Assembly (NCBI GenBank): GCA_049510745.1 | Contig: JBEKYR010000008.1 | Coordinates: 210,232 to 274,231, forward strand | Direction: 5' to 3' | Origin: Verrucomicrobiota bacterium | GTDB taxonomy: Bacteria > Verrucomicrobiota > Verrucomicrobiia > Limisphaerales > Palsa-1400 | Length of the DNA stretch: 64,000 bases | Part shown: positions 1 through 9,689 of the stretch, one piece after another | Numbering within the stretch: the first letter of the stretch is position 1 | How the letters are laid out: the number at the start of each line of letters is the position of its first letter | Translations under genes and position numbers: made by a program | Notes under the pieces: model-generated | What the model saw: only the letters and a program-made list of their open reading frames with translations | Told to the model about the DNA's origin: nothing | The model's database searches: none

Positions 1-2
1 AT

Positions 3-332
3 GACAAAGGCGTCATTGCCAAGGCCCTGATGCCGCTGGGGCGGAGCGTCGAGCTGGTGCAACGGCACAAGGCGGAGGAGGACCTGGCCGTCGCGGCGGC
101 GTCCATTCTGGCGCGCAATGAATTTGTCACGCGCCTGCGCGACCTGGGCAAACACTACGAGATGGAATTTCCCAAAGGCGGCTCGGCCGCCGTCGATGCC
201 GCCGCCAAAGAATTTGTCGCCCGGCACGGCGCGGAGAACCTGGGCAAAGTGGCCAAGATGCATTTCCGCACCGCCTTGCGCGCCCAAGGGCTGCCCGAAC
301 CGCCCAAGGTGAAATGGAAACGGCGCGGGTGA
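3..332 (+). CDS. rnhC: Ribonuclease HIII, 3' part (truncated by window start)
   Basis: Frame open from position 3. Motifs KAEEDLAVAAASILAR, FPKGGS and KVAKMHFRT are typical of the RNase HIII C-terminal half. Confidence 0.85.
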   Translation, partial: DKGVIAKALMPLGRSVELVQRHKAEEDLAVAAASILARNEFVTRLRDLGKHYEMEFPKGGSAAVDAAAKEFVARHGAENLGKVAKMHFRTALRAQGLPEPPKVKWKRRG

Positions 333-335
333 GGG

Positions 336-863
336 CTATTTCTTTTCCGCCGCTTCGAGGCGTTTGAGGTCTTCGGCCAGAAATTGCGCGACGTCTTTGA
401 ATTTTCGGACGTTTTCCGGTTTGATCTCCATCAACGTCTTGTGCGCCTCCAGACAGGCGCGGGTGATTTCGGCGCGCGACTCGCCGCCGGCCTTGGCCAG
501 CGGCTCGAAATGGTCCGTCAACGGCTCCGCGCCGGAGGTGATCCGAAAGAGATGCGCCACGCCGAGGTTCTCGAGCACTTCGGCGATGCGCGCATTGGGA
601 TTGGACAATTCCAGCGGCGATTCCCGGGGGTTGGCGCCGTCGCAGAATTTCAAGCCGATGCCCGACAACATCCCCAGGAAGGTGCTGTCCATCATGGCGC
701 AATCGCGCAACTCGAAGATGAAGCGGCGGTAGCCGCGCTGCCAGAGTTCGAGGATCAGTTTCTTCAAATCCACGCTGCAAGTGAAATCGGCGCGGCCATT
801 GATCCTGACGCAGACCGCCTGGTCACATACCGCCACCATTAAATTTGCCGGAGTCGGATTCAT
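336..863 (-). CDS. STAS-domain anti-sigma factor antagonist
   Basis: VRINGRADF...MMDSTFLGML carries the STAS DS(S/T) phosphorylation motif. Confidence 0.85.
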   Translation of the reverse strand: MNPTPANLMVAVCDQAVCVRINGRADFTCSVDLKKLILELWQRGYRRFIFELRDCAMMDSTFLGMLSGIGLKFCDGANPRESPLELSNPNARIAEVLENLGVAHLFRITSGAEPLTDHFEPLAKAGGESRAEITRACLEAHKTLMEIKPENVRKFKDVAQFLAEDLKRLEAAEKK

Positions 864-902
864 GAGAAAACCGGGGCAATATCCCGCCGGAAAGCCGGGG
901 AG

Positions 903-2066
903 TCAAGCGGCGGCGGGCAAAACTGCATTGCCGGCCTGGCCCTCGGGGCGGCTGGCGATGCGCACCAAGGCCTGCTGCAAGACCAGCGCCGGGTCCAGGT
1001 TGCGCGAAATGAGCCTCTGGTTGCACTCCAGCAACAGGGCCATGGCCGCGATCAATTCCTCCCGGCTGTAGTTGCGCGCCTGCGCCGCCGCCCGATACAA
1101 CACATACGGATTCAACGCGAGCGGGTTGAATTTTTTGTCCTCGGGCAGCCCTTCGGCCGGAATGCGCGCCAACTGCGCTTTGAAGCGGTGGAATTCGGAT
1201 TCCGGTGTGAGCCATTTTTGCGCCATCATTTCCCGCGCGAAAATCAGCGCCCGCACCTTGCTGATCAGCCCGTAGAGCAGCCCGATCTCGTTGCGTTGCG
1301 GGTCGCGCCGCACTTCCCACAACTCCTCGTCCAGGCAGCGCAGCACCTTCGGCAAATCCCGCTCGCCCAAGGCGTCCCCCAAGGCAAAGGCGCGGGCCTG
1401 CTTGTTCCGGGTGACAATGGCATCGACGTCGGCGGCCTCCAGGCGCGGCCGCGCCCCGGCGTAGAGGGTGAGCTTTTCGATCTCGGAGCGCAACGAGCGG
1501 GGGTTGGGGCCGGCATTGGCGATCAAGCTGGCCAGGGCCTCGTCGGAGATTTCCCGGCCCAACTCGCCCAACGCCCCCAAGGCGAAGGCCTCGGCCTGCT
1601 GCACCCAGTCGCTGTCGTCGGCCGACCAGCCGGCCCGGAATTCGACCGAGCCGATTTTCTCCAGCGTCTTGTAAAAGAGCTTGCGCTTGTCCACTTTCCC
1701 GGCGCTGACCAGCAGCCGGACATCGCGCCAGTCAAAGGCCTTCAGTTCCCGGGCCAGCTCGGCGAGCTTTTCGGTGACGGCCTGGGCGGCGGCGGCGCGT
1801 TCTTCGCCCAGGAAATTGCAGTTTTGCAGCCAGACGACTTTGCCGTCGCCGAAGAAAGGGAGGGTCTGCAAGGCGGCGCGCAGCCTGGCCAGCGCGGCCA
1901 GCGCCTCGCCGCTGTTATTGACAGCAGCGTCGATGATTTCGTGGTCCGAGCCGCCGATGGCGGCGCTCCAGCCCTGGAAGACCTCGCGGGCGCGCTCTTT
2001 GACGGCGAATTCGTCCTCGCCACAGACCAGGAGGACGGGGCTTTTGGGGAGGGCGGCGGCGGGCAT
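903..2066 (-). CDS. holA: DNA polymerase III subunit delta
   Basis: LLVCGEDEF, LQTLPFFG, DKRKLFYK, LRSEIEKLTLY and AFALGDALG match the HolA pattern. Confidence 0.9.
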   Translation of the reverse strand: MPAAALPKSPVLLVCGEDEFAVKERAREVFQGWSAAIGGSDHEIIDAAVNNSGEALAALARLRAALQTLPFFGDGKVVWLQNCNFLGEERAAAAQAVTEKLAELARELKAFDWRDVRLLVSAGKVDKRKLFYKTLEKIGSVEFRAGWSADDSDWVQQAEAFALGALGELGREISDEALASLIANAGPNPRSLRSEIEKLTLYAGARPRLEAADVDAIVTRNKQARAFALGDALGERDLPKVLRCLDEELWEVRRDPQRNEIGLLYGLISKVRALIFAREMMAQKWLTPESEFHRFKAQLARIPAEGLPEDKKFNPLALNPYVLYRAAAQARNYSREELIAAMALLLECNQRLISRNLDPALVLQQALVRIASRPEGQAGNAVLPAAA

Positions 2067-2078
2067 GGGCGGGAGGCG

Positions 2079-2540
2079 CTATTCGGGTTCCTCGGATTCG
2101 CCCGTGTTCTCGTTGATCCGCTCCAGGGTCGCGCTCATGTCTTCGACCTGTTCGAAGAGAGAGGAGGAAACGAAGATGGGCCGCTTTTGCGCGGTGGCCA
2201 GGGCCAGGCAATCGCTGGGACGGGCGTCAACCTCGACGATTTTGCGTCCCAACTCATTTTCCTGCTGCAAGATCAGACGGGCGTAAAAGGTCGCGTTTTT
2301 CAATTCGGTGATGACCACCCGCTCAATGGTGATGTTGAGGCCTTTAAAGATATTGTTCACCAAGTCGTGGGTCAGCGGCCGTTCCTTGTGCGTGTCGCGC
2401 AGAAACATGCCGATGACGACTCCCATGTTCGGTTCAACCTGGATGACGAACACCTTCCGCGCATTGCCCAAAAAAATCGCGCAGCCGCTATTCATCGGCA
2501 GGATCCCGCGAATTTCCACCGGCAAGACATCATTCTTCAT
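2079..2540 (-). CDS. Bifunctional nuclease family protein (DUF151)
   Basis: ERPLTHDL, TFYARL and VDARPSDCLALA motifs. Confidence 0.9.
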   Translation of the reverse strand: MKNDVLPVEIRGILPMNSGCAIFLGNARKVFVIQVEPNMGVVIGMFLRDTHKERPLTHDLVNNIFKGLNITIERVVITELKNATFYARLILQQENELGRKIVEVDARPSDCLALATAQKRPIFVSSSLFEQVEDMSATLERINENTGESEEPE

Positions 2541-2737
2541 ACCCTCAGGTTAGACGTTTATGCCAAAAACTCAAGCGGGCGTTGCGGATGCCCCGGAAAC
2601 CCGGCCGGGGGCTGCCTTTGACCTTGACAGCAGCCGCGGCGGAAGGGAACGTGGGCACACTGGCGTTGTGCAGCGGCACTGAACCGCGGCGCGAAACAAC
2701 AGAGTCGAGGCCGCCGACAGCGCCGGCCCAAAACAAC

Positions 2738-3067
2738 ATGCCCCGCGTTAAAACCGGCGAGTTAAAGGAAGGAATGGTCGTCGCCAAAGATGTCAAGAAT
2801 ATCGACGACATGCTCCTTCTGCCCGCCAAGGCCGTCCTGACCGGGCGGCAGATCGACATCCTCCAGGCCTGGGGCGTGGCGGAGCTTGAGGTGGAAGCGT
2901 CCGACCTGCTGGGGGACGCCGATCCGCTGGCCCGGCTGCCGCCGGAAGTGGCCGCCCAGTTGGCCGCCCAGATCAAGGCCCTGTTCTGGCAGGCGGATGA
3001 TTCCAACCCTGTCTTCGCCGAGATTTTCAAGCTGATGCTCTGGCGCCGTGCGCGCAAAGAACCGTAA
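2738..3067 (+). CDS. Small hypothetical protein resembling HD-GYP/HDOD-associated N-terminal domains
   Basis: ELKEGMVVAKDV...LLLPAKAVLTGRQIDILQAWGV. ATG at 2738 preferred over the 2582 ORF start; stop lies 3 nt before the HDOD gene. Confidence 0.65.
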   Translation: MPRVKTGELKEGMVVAKDVKNIDDMLLLPAKAVLTGRQIDILQAWGVAELEVEASDLLGDADPLARLPPEVAAQLAAQIKALFWQADDSNPVFAEIFKLMLWRRARKEP

Positions 3068-3070
3068 GCC

Positions 3071-3925
3071 ATGAGGCTGCCCTCCATTACTGAATTGATC
3101 AGCGGCATTCCCTCCAGCCTCGGTTCCTGCGGCCCGGTGCTCAAGGAAATCGAAGCGGAATTGCAGTCGCCCCAGTGCAGCCTCAGCACGGTCGGGGAAG
3201 CGATCGAAAAGGACCCCGACCTGACCTCCCGCCTGCTGCGGTTGGGCAACAGTCCCTTTTACGGATACAGCACCCGGCTGACCAGCGTGGCCGAGGCCGT
3301 CAGTTTGATCGGGATTCGCCAGGTGCAGGACCTCCTTCTGGCCTCGAGCATCATTGAACGGTTCGCCGGCGTGCCGGAGAAATATGTGAGCATGGAATCG
3401 TTCTGGCGGCACAGCCTGGCTTGCGGGATTGCCGCCCGGCTGGTGGCCATGGAACGGCGGCTGCCCAAGCCGGACAAGTATTTCGTGGCGGGGCTGCTGC
3501 ACGACGTGGGCCGATTGGTTCTCCTTGGGCAGGGCGCGCAGGCGGCCCATCAGGTGTTCCAACTTTGCCAGAAAGAACGGATGCTCCTGCGGGAAGCGGA
3601 AATGCGGGTGTTGGGCTTTGACCACCAGCAGATCGGCGGGGCCTTGCTCCGCCACTGGAGATACCCCACCACCCTCATCGAGGCCGTCGCCTGCCATCAT
3701 CAACCGGCCCTGGCGGAGCTGGGCCGCGAAGAAGCCGCCACCGTTCATTTCTGCGATCACCTGGTCAACGCCATGCAGATCGGCTGTTCCGGCGAGCGTT
3801 ATGTGCCGCCCCTGAACATGAAGGCGTGGGAGCGGCTCCATCTTCCGCTGGAGACGCTGCCCTCGATCGTCGGCGCCGTGGACGAACAGATCGAGGCGGT
3901 GATCGAGGTCTTTTTGAAGCATTGA
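3071..3925 (+). CDS. HDOD domain signal-transduction protein
   Basis: IEKDPDLTSRLLRLGNSPFYG, FWRHSLACG, AGLLHDVGRL and GFDHQQIG motifs. Confidence 0.92.
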   Translation: MRLPSITELISGIPSSLGSCGPVLKEIEAELQSPQCSLSTVGEAIEKDPDLTSRLLRLGNSPFYGYSTRLTSVAEAVSLIGIRQVQDLLLASSIIERFAGVPEKYVSMESFWRHSLACGIAARLVAMERRLPKPDKYFVAGLLHDVGRLVLLGQGAQAAHQVFQLCQKERMLLREAEMRVLGFDHQQIGGALLRHWRYPTTLIEAVACHHQPALAELGREEAATVHFCDHLVNAMQIGCSGERYVPPLNMKAWERLHLPLETLPSIVGAVDEQIEAVIEVFLKH

Positions 3926-3928
3926 GGC

Positions 3929-4681
3929 ATGGAACCGCCGGGCGACATTTTTGATTCCATTTATCCCGACATGCTCAAGACCGGCTTGGGAAAACTCGGG
4001 CTGCTGGATGCGCAACGGGAGTTGCTGGCGCTCTTTTCCGCCCTCGAACATTTCCGCCGCGACCTGCACGCGCAGGAAAGCGCCGACGGCATCCTGCGCC
4101 TGAGCCAGCAGTATATCCAGGGCCTGAACCTGTTCCGCGCCGCCGGTTTCTGGCTGGTGTCTCCGGCGGAACTGAGCTTCGAGATTGCGTTGGCGTCGCC
4201 GGAATCGGAGCGGGAGCGGCTGGACGGGGTGGTGCGCGGGGAAATCCGCGCCGGCCGGTTTGCGTGGGCATTGCGGCAAAGCGCGCCGGTCTTTTTCGCG
4301 GCGGGACCGCCCGAAAACCCGGAGCGCGGGCTGCTCCATGCGCTGGCGGTTTCCAGCCAGGTGGTCGGGATGTTCTGCGGCCTCCTGCGGCGCGAACTGG
4401 CGCCGAACCAGGAAATCGTTTTCAGCCTGCTCTCGTTGCTTTTGGGCGGCAGCGCGGACGCCCTGGCCACGTTGCGCAAGACAGCGAGTTTGACCAGCCA
4501 GATCAACACCTTGAGCGGGCTGCTGCCCGTCTGCTCGTGGTGCCGGAAGGTCCGCGATGATCGCGGGTACTGGGAGCAGATCGAGAAGTATATCAGCAGC
4601 CGCACCGCGGCTTCGTTCACCCACGGGATTTGTCCGGAGTGCCGGCAGAAATGGCTGGAGGATCCAGGCGCCGGCTCGTGA
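3929..4681 (+). CDS. Sensor-like protein: GAF-like N-terminus plus C-terminal CxxC...HGICPEC zinc-binding domain
   Basis: C-terminus LSGLLPVCSWCRKVRDDRGYWEQIEKYI...FTHGICPEC is a common signalling-protein tail. Confidence 0.7.
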   Translation: MEPPGDIFDSIYPDMLKTGLGKLGLLDAQRELLALFSALEHFRRDLHAQESADGILRLSQQYIQGLNLFRAAGFWLVSPAELSFEIALASPESERERLDGVVRGEIRAGRFAWALRQSAPVFFAAGPPENPERGLLHALAVSSQVVGMFCGLLRRELAPNQEIVFSLLSLLLGGSADALATLRKTASLTSQINTLSGLLPVCSWCRKVRDDRGYWEQIEKYISSRTAASFTHGICPECRQKWLEDPGAGS

Positions 4682-4858
4682 GGTTCTCGCGCGGAGGCCG
4701 AAGAAAAAAACTGTTTCTTTTTCCCTCTCCGCGCCTTGCGCGAGCATTCCCGCTCGGAGCGTTTTCACACAGCGGAAACGATTCATTCCCAGATCGGCAC
4801 GAGACGAAGAATTTTATCCTGCACCCGATGGTTTAGACTTGTCCGATTTCAATTTGCG

Positions 4859-5122
4859 TCAAATCGTTGAAGTCATTTTTGCTGAAGACCGGACATCCCT
4901 GTCTGCGCGGAGGGCGGCGCGGATGGCGTCCCGGCTGACTTTGACCGGCAACATCAGAAAACCTTCCCGCGTGCGGATGGGCTTTACTACAGGAACTTCC
5001 TTTTCCACCAATTGCACCACGCGCACACTTCCATCCGGCTGGCGGGAGGCGTCAAACGCGGTGCGCGGCGGAAATAAATCAGCGGAGCAGATGCGGCCAT
5101 TTTTATCAGCAACCAATTTCAT
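4859..5122 (-). CDS. Small hypothetical protein, possible AbrB/VapB-like antitoxin
   Basis: 87 aa; N-terminal VADKNGRI resembles the AbrB 'D.kGRi' beta-hairpin; C-terminus is helical (DAIRAALRADRD). Confidence 0.45.
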   Translation of the reverse strand: MKLVADKNGRICSADLFPPRTAFDASRQPDGSVRVVQLVEKEVPVVKPIRTREGFLMLPVKVSRDAIRAALRADRDVRSSAKMTSTI

Positions 5123-5230
5123 AATGGGATTATCCCATAAGCCGGAGCAGTTTCAAGGGCATTTTCCAAAGCTGTTTTCCCGCCCGGGGGCGTCACAAAG
5201 GGCAAACCCGGCAGGCCAACCTTCCGAGGT

Positions 5231-5497
5231 TCAAATCGAGGCCGGTTTGTCGGAAGCGCGCAGGTGCCGGCGGCACCTGAGAATGACGGCTTTCTGGAAT
5301 ACATGAAACTCCGGCTTGGGCGGCGCCAACCGATCATAGCGGTTTGCGATTTCCTGGTGGAATACGCGCTCCGCTTGGTCGCGTTCGGCTGAGAATGGAT
5401 CGAGGGCGTGCGCGAACTTGTCATAGAGTTGGGCCAGGCTCGCAATCTGCTCCCGGGAGATGGCCTCTACGAGTGCATCTGGTGGAGGCGTTGGCAT
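5231..5497 (-). CDS. Hypothetical protein
   Basis: Helical-looking ORF from ATG 5497, overlapping the 3' end of 5467-5826. Confidence 0.5.
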   Translation of the reverse strand: MPTPPPDALVEAISREQIASLAQLYDKFAHALDPFSAERDQAERVFHQEIANRYDRLAPPKPEFHVFQKAVILRCRRHLRASDKPASI

Positions 5498-5826
5498 CTG
5501 TTTCTCAAGTCGAGCACCCGGTCGTAGAAAAACGCCGCGCCGCAATCGGGGTGGGCGAGCGACAACTGGTGGAGCCGTTTGGCGAATTCATCGCATTGGG
5601 AAACCATCGTACCCCACCATCCCGCGACCTTTGCCAAGTCCTCCTCGCGGCGCGCGAACTGGACCACGAACTTGTAGATGGTCAGCAGTTGGGCCTCCAG
5701 TCGCGCGGCAGCATCGTTAAACGGCACACAAACGTCTTGCGGCAGGGTCGCCACTTCCTGGTCAAATGCGGCCAGCGTTGACTCGGCCAATACCTTGACA
5801 TCCGATTCGGTTAGACATTCTGTCAT
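5467..5826 (-). CDS. Hypothetical protein
   Basis: 119-aa ORF with ordinary globular composition, co-oriented with its neighbours. Confidence 0.55.
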   Translation of the reverse strand: MTECLTESDVKVLAESTLAAFDQEVATLPQDVCVPFNDAAARLEAQLLTIYKFVVQFARREEDLAKVAGWWGTMVSQCDEFAKRLHQLSLAHPDCGAAFFYDRVLDLRNRCQRLHQMHS

Positions 5827-5943
5827 CGCGGCACAAGCCTATTCAAGAAACCCAAGCGTGTAAAGCTCGCAACGCGCTCCCCGAAATCAACCGCATGCTT
5901 CCGTAAGTGCCATCAGTACCCCATCCACGGGGGTTGAGGCGAC

Positions 5944-6504
5944 TCAACGTTTCAATAATTCGGCAACATCGACGATGGCGTCCGGGAAGCGGGCGGGGCT
6001 GGCCTGGTCTCCGGCGTTTAGGATTTTAGACGAGCCGTAGCCGGTGAAATGCGGCTCGCGATAAACCTCCAGCGTCCCATTGACCAAATTCACGATCCAC
6101 ACCTCCGCGATGCCGGCGCGTCCGTAAGCCGGCAGCTTCACTTCACGGTCGGACTCCAGCGTCGAGTCAGACACTTCGATGAGCAGGAAGACGTCTTCGG
6201 GTCCGGGGTGGCGGCTGGTGTAATCGTCCGCCGCCGGATTGAGCAGCATCAAATCGGGCTGCGGCTCGGAATAGTCATCCAGATGAACAGGGTTTCGCAC
6301 CGACAGCAACCAGCGATCCTTTGATAACGGGGTGAAAAGACGGTTGAGCCGTCTAACGATACCGCCATGATATGGGCTAATTCGTGGTGTATCGATGATT
6401 TGGCCGTCGAGCAGTTCCACGCGGGCGCCCGGGCGGAGCACGCCGGTTTCACCCATGCGGTAATACTCCTTGACGCTAAAACGATGCCGGGGCTGCATCG
6501 GCAT
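5944..6504 (-). CDS. Uma2 family (DUF820) endonuclease
   Basis: RFSVKEYYRM, RVELLDGQI, SEPQPDL, LLIEVSDST and KLPAYGRAGIAEVWIVNL motifs. Confidence 0.93.
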   Translation of the reverse strand: MPMQPRHRFSVKEYYRMGETGVLRPGARVELLDGQIIDTPRISPYHGGIVRRLNRLFTPLSKDRWLLSVRNPVHLDDYSEPQPDLMLLNPAADDYTSRHPGPEDVFLLIEVSDSTLESDREVKLPAYGRAGIAEVWIVNLVNGTLEVYREPHFTGYGSSKILNAGDQASPARFPDAIVDVAELLKR

Positions 6505-6507
6505 GGG

Positions 6508-7680
6508 CTAAATCTTCCCGTAAAACTCTTCGACCACGGCGCGGAAATTGTTCTCGGCCACGTTGATGATTTTCATCTCGCGCTCGGCGCTTTCCACCGA
6601 ATCGCTGGCGTGGGCGGCGTTGACCATGATGGTGGAGCCGAACTCGCGGCGCACGGAACCGGGCGGCGCTTTGGAAGGATCGGTCGGCCCCAGCACGTCG
6701 CGAATTTTCCCGATGGCCGCGACTCCTTCGTAAATGAGCGCGATACACTTTTCGGTGCCGGGCTGGGTTAACAGGGCCGGGTCGCACTCGGCGGGGGAGC
6801 GGCCGGACATGAATTTGACGATGTTCTCAAACTGGTTGTCGCCAAAAGAGGGTCCGAGGATTTCCCCGAGTTGTTTCTCGTCCCCCGGCGGCACCTTGAA
6901 ACCGAATTCCTTTTCCAAGGCCGCCTTGGCGCGGGCGGCGACGACGTCTTTGAGCTTGGTGCGCAAGACCTCGCGGACGGGGCTGTAAAACTCGGAGGCC
7001 TCGGCCACACTCATGCGATGGACTTTGATGCCGACAATGAAAAGACCGGTGCGCGAAAGGAAATCAATGACGTTGCCGGGCCGCCCGGTGGCGAAGCGGA
7101 AATTGTCCGGCTTGATGAGGACCAGGGTGCGCTGGGGCGTTTCGCCCGGCCCATAGGCCAGCGTGCCGTTGACAATGCCGCCGTCGGAATCCGAGTAGCG
7201 GGCCCAGAGTTTGAGTTTCAGGCCCGCTTCTTCCGGCATGGGCGAGGCCAGCACGGCCGGCTCGAAATAGCGCACCTGGTCGTGTTCGTCCATGACGAGG
7301 TCGCCGTAGGTGTCGCGGATGGTCTCGCCCCCGTGGCGGCCGGGGGCGATGTTGCCGATGACGGAGCGGGTTTTGCGCACGGCTTCCTCGCCGCGGAACA
7401 AGAGCATCATGACGCGGCGGTGCCGCTTGCTCTTCGGGTCCGGGGCCAGATTGCGCAGGATGTAGTCGCGGATCAATTCCTGGACGCGGCGGTCTTGCGG
7501 ATCGGCGGCGGAAATGATGAGGTCTGAGTATTGCTGGACCAGCTCGGCGCTGGGGGCGAACATGCGCGCCGCCACCAATTCCAGTCCGGTGCGGGTGATC
7601 AAACGCGCCAGGATGCCGCCGGTGCGCGATTTGTGCAGCGTGTAGGGGGTGATGATGACGTAGGCCAGTTGTTGCGCCAT
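6508..7680 (-). CDS. ndk: Nucleoside-diphosphate kinase with two tandem NDK domains
   Basis: C-domain QRTLVLIKPD...LGPTDPSKAPPGSVRREFG...NAAHASDS; the N-domain is a divergent copy. Start ATG at 7680. Confidence 0.85.
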   Translation of the reverse strand: MAQQLAYVIITPYTLHKSRTGGILARLITRTGLELVAARMFAPSAELVQQYSDLIISAADPQDRRVQELIRDYILRNLAPDPKSKRHRRVMMLLFRGEEAVRKTRSVIGNIAPGRHGGETIRDTYGDLVMDEHDQVRYFEPAVLASPMPEEAGLKLKLWARYSDSDGGIVNGTLAYGPGETPQRTLVLIKPDNFRFATGRPGNVIDFLSRTGLFIVGIKVHRMSVAEASEFYSPVREVLRTKLKDVVAARAKAALEKEFGFKVPPGDEKQLGEILGPSFGDNQFENIVKFMSGRSPAECDPALLTQPGTEKCIALIYEGVAAIGKIRDVLGPTDPSKAPPGSVRREFGSTIMVNAAHASDSVESAEREMKIINVAENNFRAVVEEFYGKI

Positions 7681-7687
7681 AGGGAAG

Positions 7688-7885
7688 TCAGCTTGGCTGG
7701 TTGGTGGGCTTGGAAGCAGTGGCTGTCGTCGCGGACGCTTTGCTGCCGCCAAGGATTTTGAACATCACCACGCCGCAAGTCGGACACTTGCCCTTGATCG
7801 CTTTGCGCCCATTCTTCATCGTCTCTTCAACGGCCTCGGCAATTTCTTTTTTTGCTTTGCACTTAAAACAATATCCTTCAGCCAT
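7688..7885 (-). CDS. DUF5679-like small zinc-ribbon protein
   Basis: YCFKCKAKKE...MKNGRKAIKGKCPTCG: two CxxC pairs in a basic protein. Confidence 0.8.
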   Translation of the reverse strand: MAEGYCFKCKAKKEIAEAVEETMKNGRKAIKGKCPTCGVVMFKILGGSKASATTATASKPTNQPS

Positions 7886-8044
7886 AAAATCGGACTCGAC
7901 AAGACGCTTCAAGCAGTCCCGTCGCAGTGCCGGCAGTGTAAAGGTTAGACCTTGCAACCGTCAACTCGTAAAAGTCCGCCTGATATGTAAGTCCTTCTTA
8001 AATAAGATGATATGCTGGGACGGCTTTTCGTCAAAAGAACGCGG

Positions 8045-9529
8045 CTACGGGGCTTTCGAGGCGATTTTGCGCAGTTCCGTTTTCAGGATCTTGCCCGTCG
8101 CGTTATGCGGCAGGGCGGACACAAAAACCACGCGCCGGGGAATTTTGTAGTCGGCCAATCGCTCGCGCGCGAAGGCCAGCAGCGGCCCCTCCTCCAGTTG
8201 GACGCCCTCGTGCGGCGCGACAAACGCCAGCGGCTGCTCTCCGCGCCGCGCGTCGGGCACGCCGATGACGGCGGCTTCCCTGACTCCGGGATATTTGTAG
8301 AGGATTTCCTCAATCTCGCGGGGATAGACGTTGATGCCGTTGACCAGGAGCATGTCCTTCTTGCGGTCGGTGATGTAGAAGTAACCGTCGGCGTCACTGT
8401 GGCCGATGTCGCCGGTCAAGAGCCAGCCGTTGCGCAGGACGTGGGCTGTGGCGGCGGGCTGATTCCAGTAGCCCTGCATGACGTTGGGGCCGCGCACACA
8501 GACTTCGCCCGTCTGCCCTGGCGGCAGCATCTCCCCGGCCTCGTTCTGAATGGTGACCTCGACGTTGGCAATGGGTTTGCCAATCGATCCCGCCTTCCAC
8601 GGGCCGCGAATGGGCTGAAAGGAAACGACCGGACTGGCCTCGCTCAAGCCGTAGCCTTCGAGCAGCGGAATGGGAAAGCAGGCGGTGAATTCCCGCAGCG
8701 TTTCGGCCGGCAACGGCGCGCCGCCGCTGATGCACAGGCGCAACGGAAAGGCGGGCGGCACCGCGCTGCGCGCCAGGGCGCGAAAGAATTGCGGCACGGC
8801 CGGCAGCAACGTGGCCTGATGCTGGAGGATTTCCAGGAGGACATTCTTGGGCGGATGCAGCGTTTTAATGAGAACCATTGAGCCGCCGACCAGCATCGGC
8901 AGCAGCAGGCCGACCGTCAGCATGAAACTATGAAACAGGGGCAGGACCACGACAAACCGATCCGTCCCCACCGCTTCGAGCGCCACGCGGCAACTCTGCA
9001 CGTTGGCCAGCAGATTGCCGTGGGAGAGCATCGCCCCCTTGGGATGGCCGGTGGTGCCCGATGTGTAAACGAGCACCGCCAGGTCCGCCTCGGTCAAATC
9101 GGAAGGGGCCGCCGCGCCGGCGTCCTCCAGCCGGCCAAAGGAGCTGGCGCGGAGCGATTTCAATTCGGGGCGCCCGGCCGCCAATTTTGCCAAACCCTCA
9201 TCCATCGTTTCATCCACAATCAGAACATTGATGCCGGCATCGGCGAGAATGAAGCTGACTTCAGCCGGCTTGAGAAAATTGTTGATCGGCACCGCCACCG
9301 CGCCCGCCTGTAAAATGCCGAAGAGCGCCGGGACAAATTCCGGGCAATTCCTGAGCCAGATTCCGACCCGGTCGCCGCGCCGGACGCCGAAGCCAGCGCG
9401 CAACCGTTCCGCCACCCAGAGGGACTGCGACCAGAGATCGAGGTAAGAGAAGCGGGCGTCGCCCCAAAAGAGGGCGGTCTTGGCGGGATCGCCGCGGGCG
9501 TTGGAAGCGAAAGCGAGTGCCAGGTTCAT
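8045..9529 (-). CDS. Long-chain-fatty-acid--CoA ligase (AMP-binding)
   Basis: YTSGTTGHPKG, EGYGLSE, WLLTGDIG, DRKKDM and TGKILK adenylation motifs. Confidence 0.93.
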   Translation of the reverse strand: MNLALAFASNARGDPAKTALFWGDARFSYLDLWSQSLWVAERLRAGFGVRRGDRVGIWLRNCPEFVPALFGILQAGAVAVPINNFLKPAEVSFILADAGINVLIVDETMDEGLAKLAAGRPELKSLRASSFGRLEDAGAAAPSDLTEADLAVLVYTSGTTGHPKGAMLSHGNLLANVQSCRVALEAVGTDRFVVVLPLFHSFMLTVGLLLPMLVGGSMVLIKTLHPPKNVLLEILQHQATLLPAVPQFFRALARSAVPPAFPLRLCISGGAPLPAETLREFTACFPIPLLEGYGLSEASPVVSFQPIRGPWKAGSIGKPIANVEVTIQNEAGEMLPPGQTGEVCVRGPNVMQGYWNQPAATAHVLRNGWLLTGDIGHSDADGYFYITDRKKDMLLVNGINVYPREIEEILYKYPGVREAAVIGVPDARRGEQPLAFVAPHEGVQLEEGPLLAFARERLADYKIPRRVVFVSALPHNATGKILKTELRKIASKAP

Positions 9530-9689
9530 TGAAGTTCCGAATGTTCCCAAGGGGGCCGGAGAAGCGCAAGGTTGAAAGGGTCGAAATATCAGGGTAGGGG
9601 CCGCTTTGGTTTGCTTTGCCTGATCTTGGGTTGTGGGCTACTTTGAATTTCCGCTGGCACGTTGACCGCAAAAGCGGCACGTTGCCAGC

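Noticed and set aside
4687..4745. CTCGCGC...GCGCGAG hairpin
   Set aside because: Probably an ordinary terminator or REP-like stem between convergent genes; nothing supports more.
2762..4786. 674-aa minus-strand ORF
   Set aside because: Antisense shadow of the HDOD trio with no motifs; typical of high-GC DNA.
5904..5913. TAAGTGCCAT matching the IS4-like IR near 63885
   Set aside because: Only 10 nt, with no partner IR or transposase remnant nearby; may be chance.
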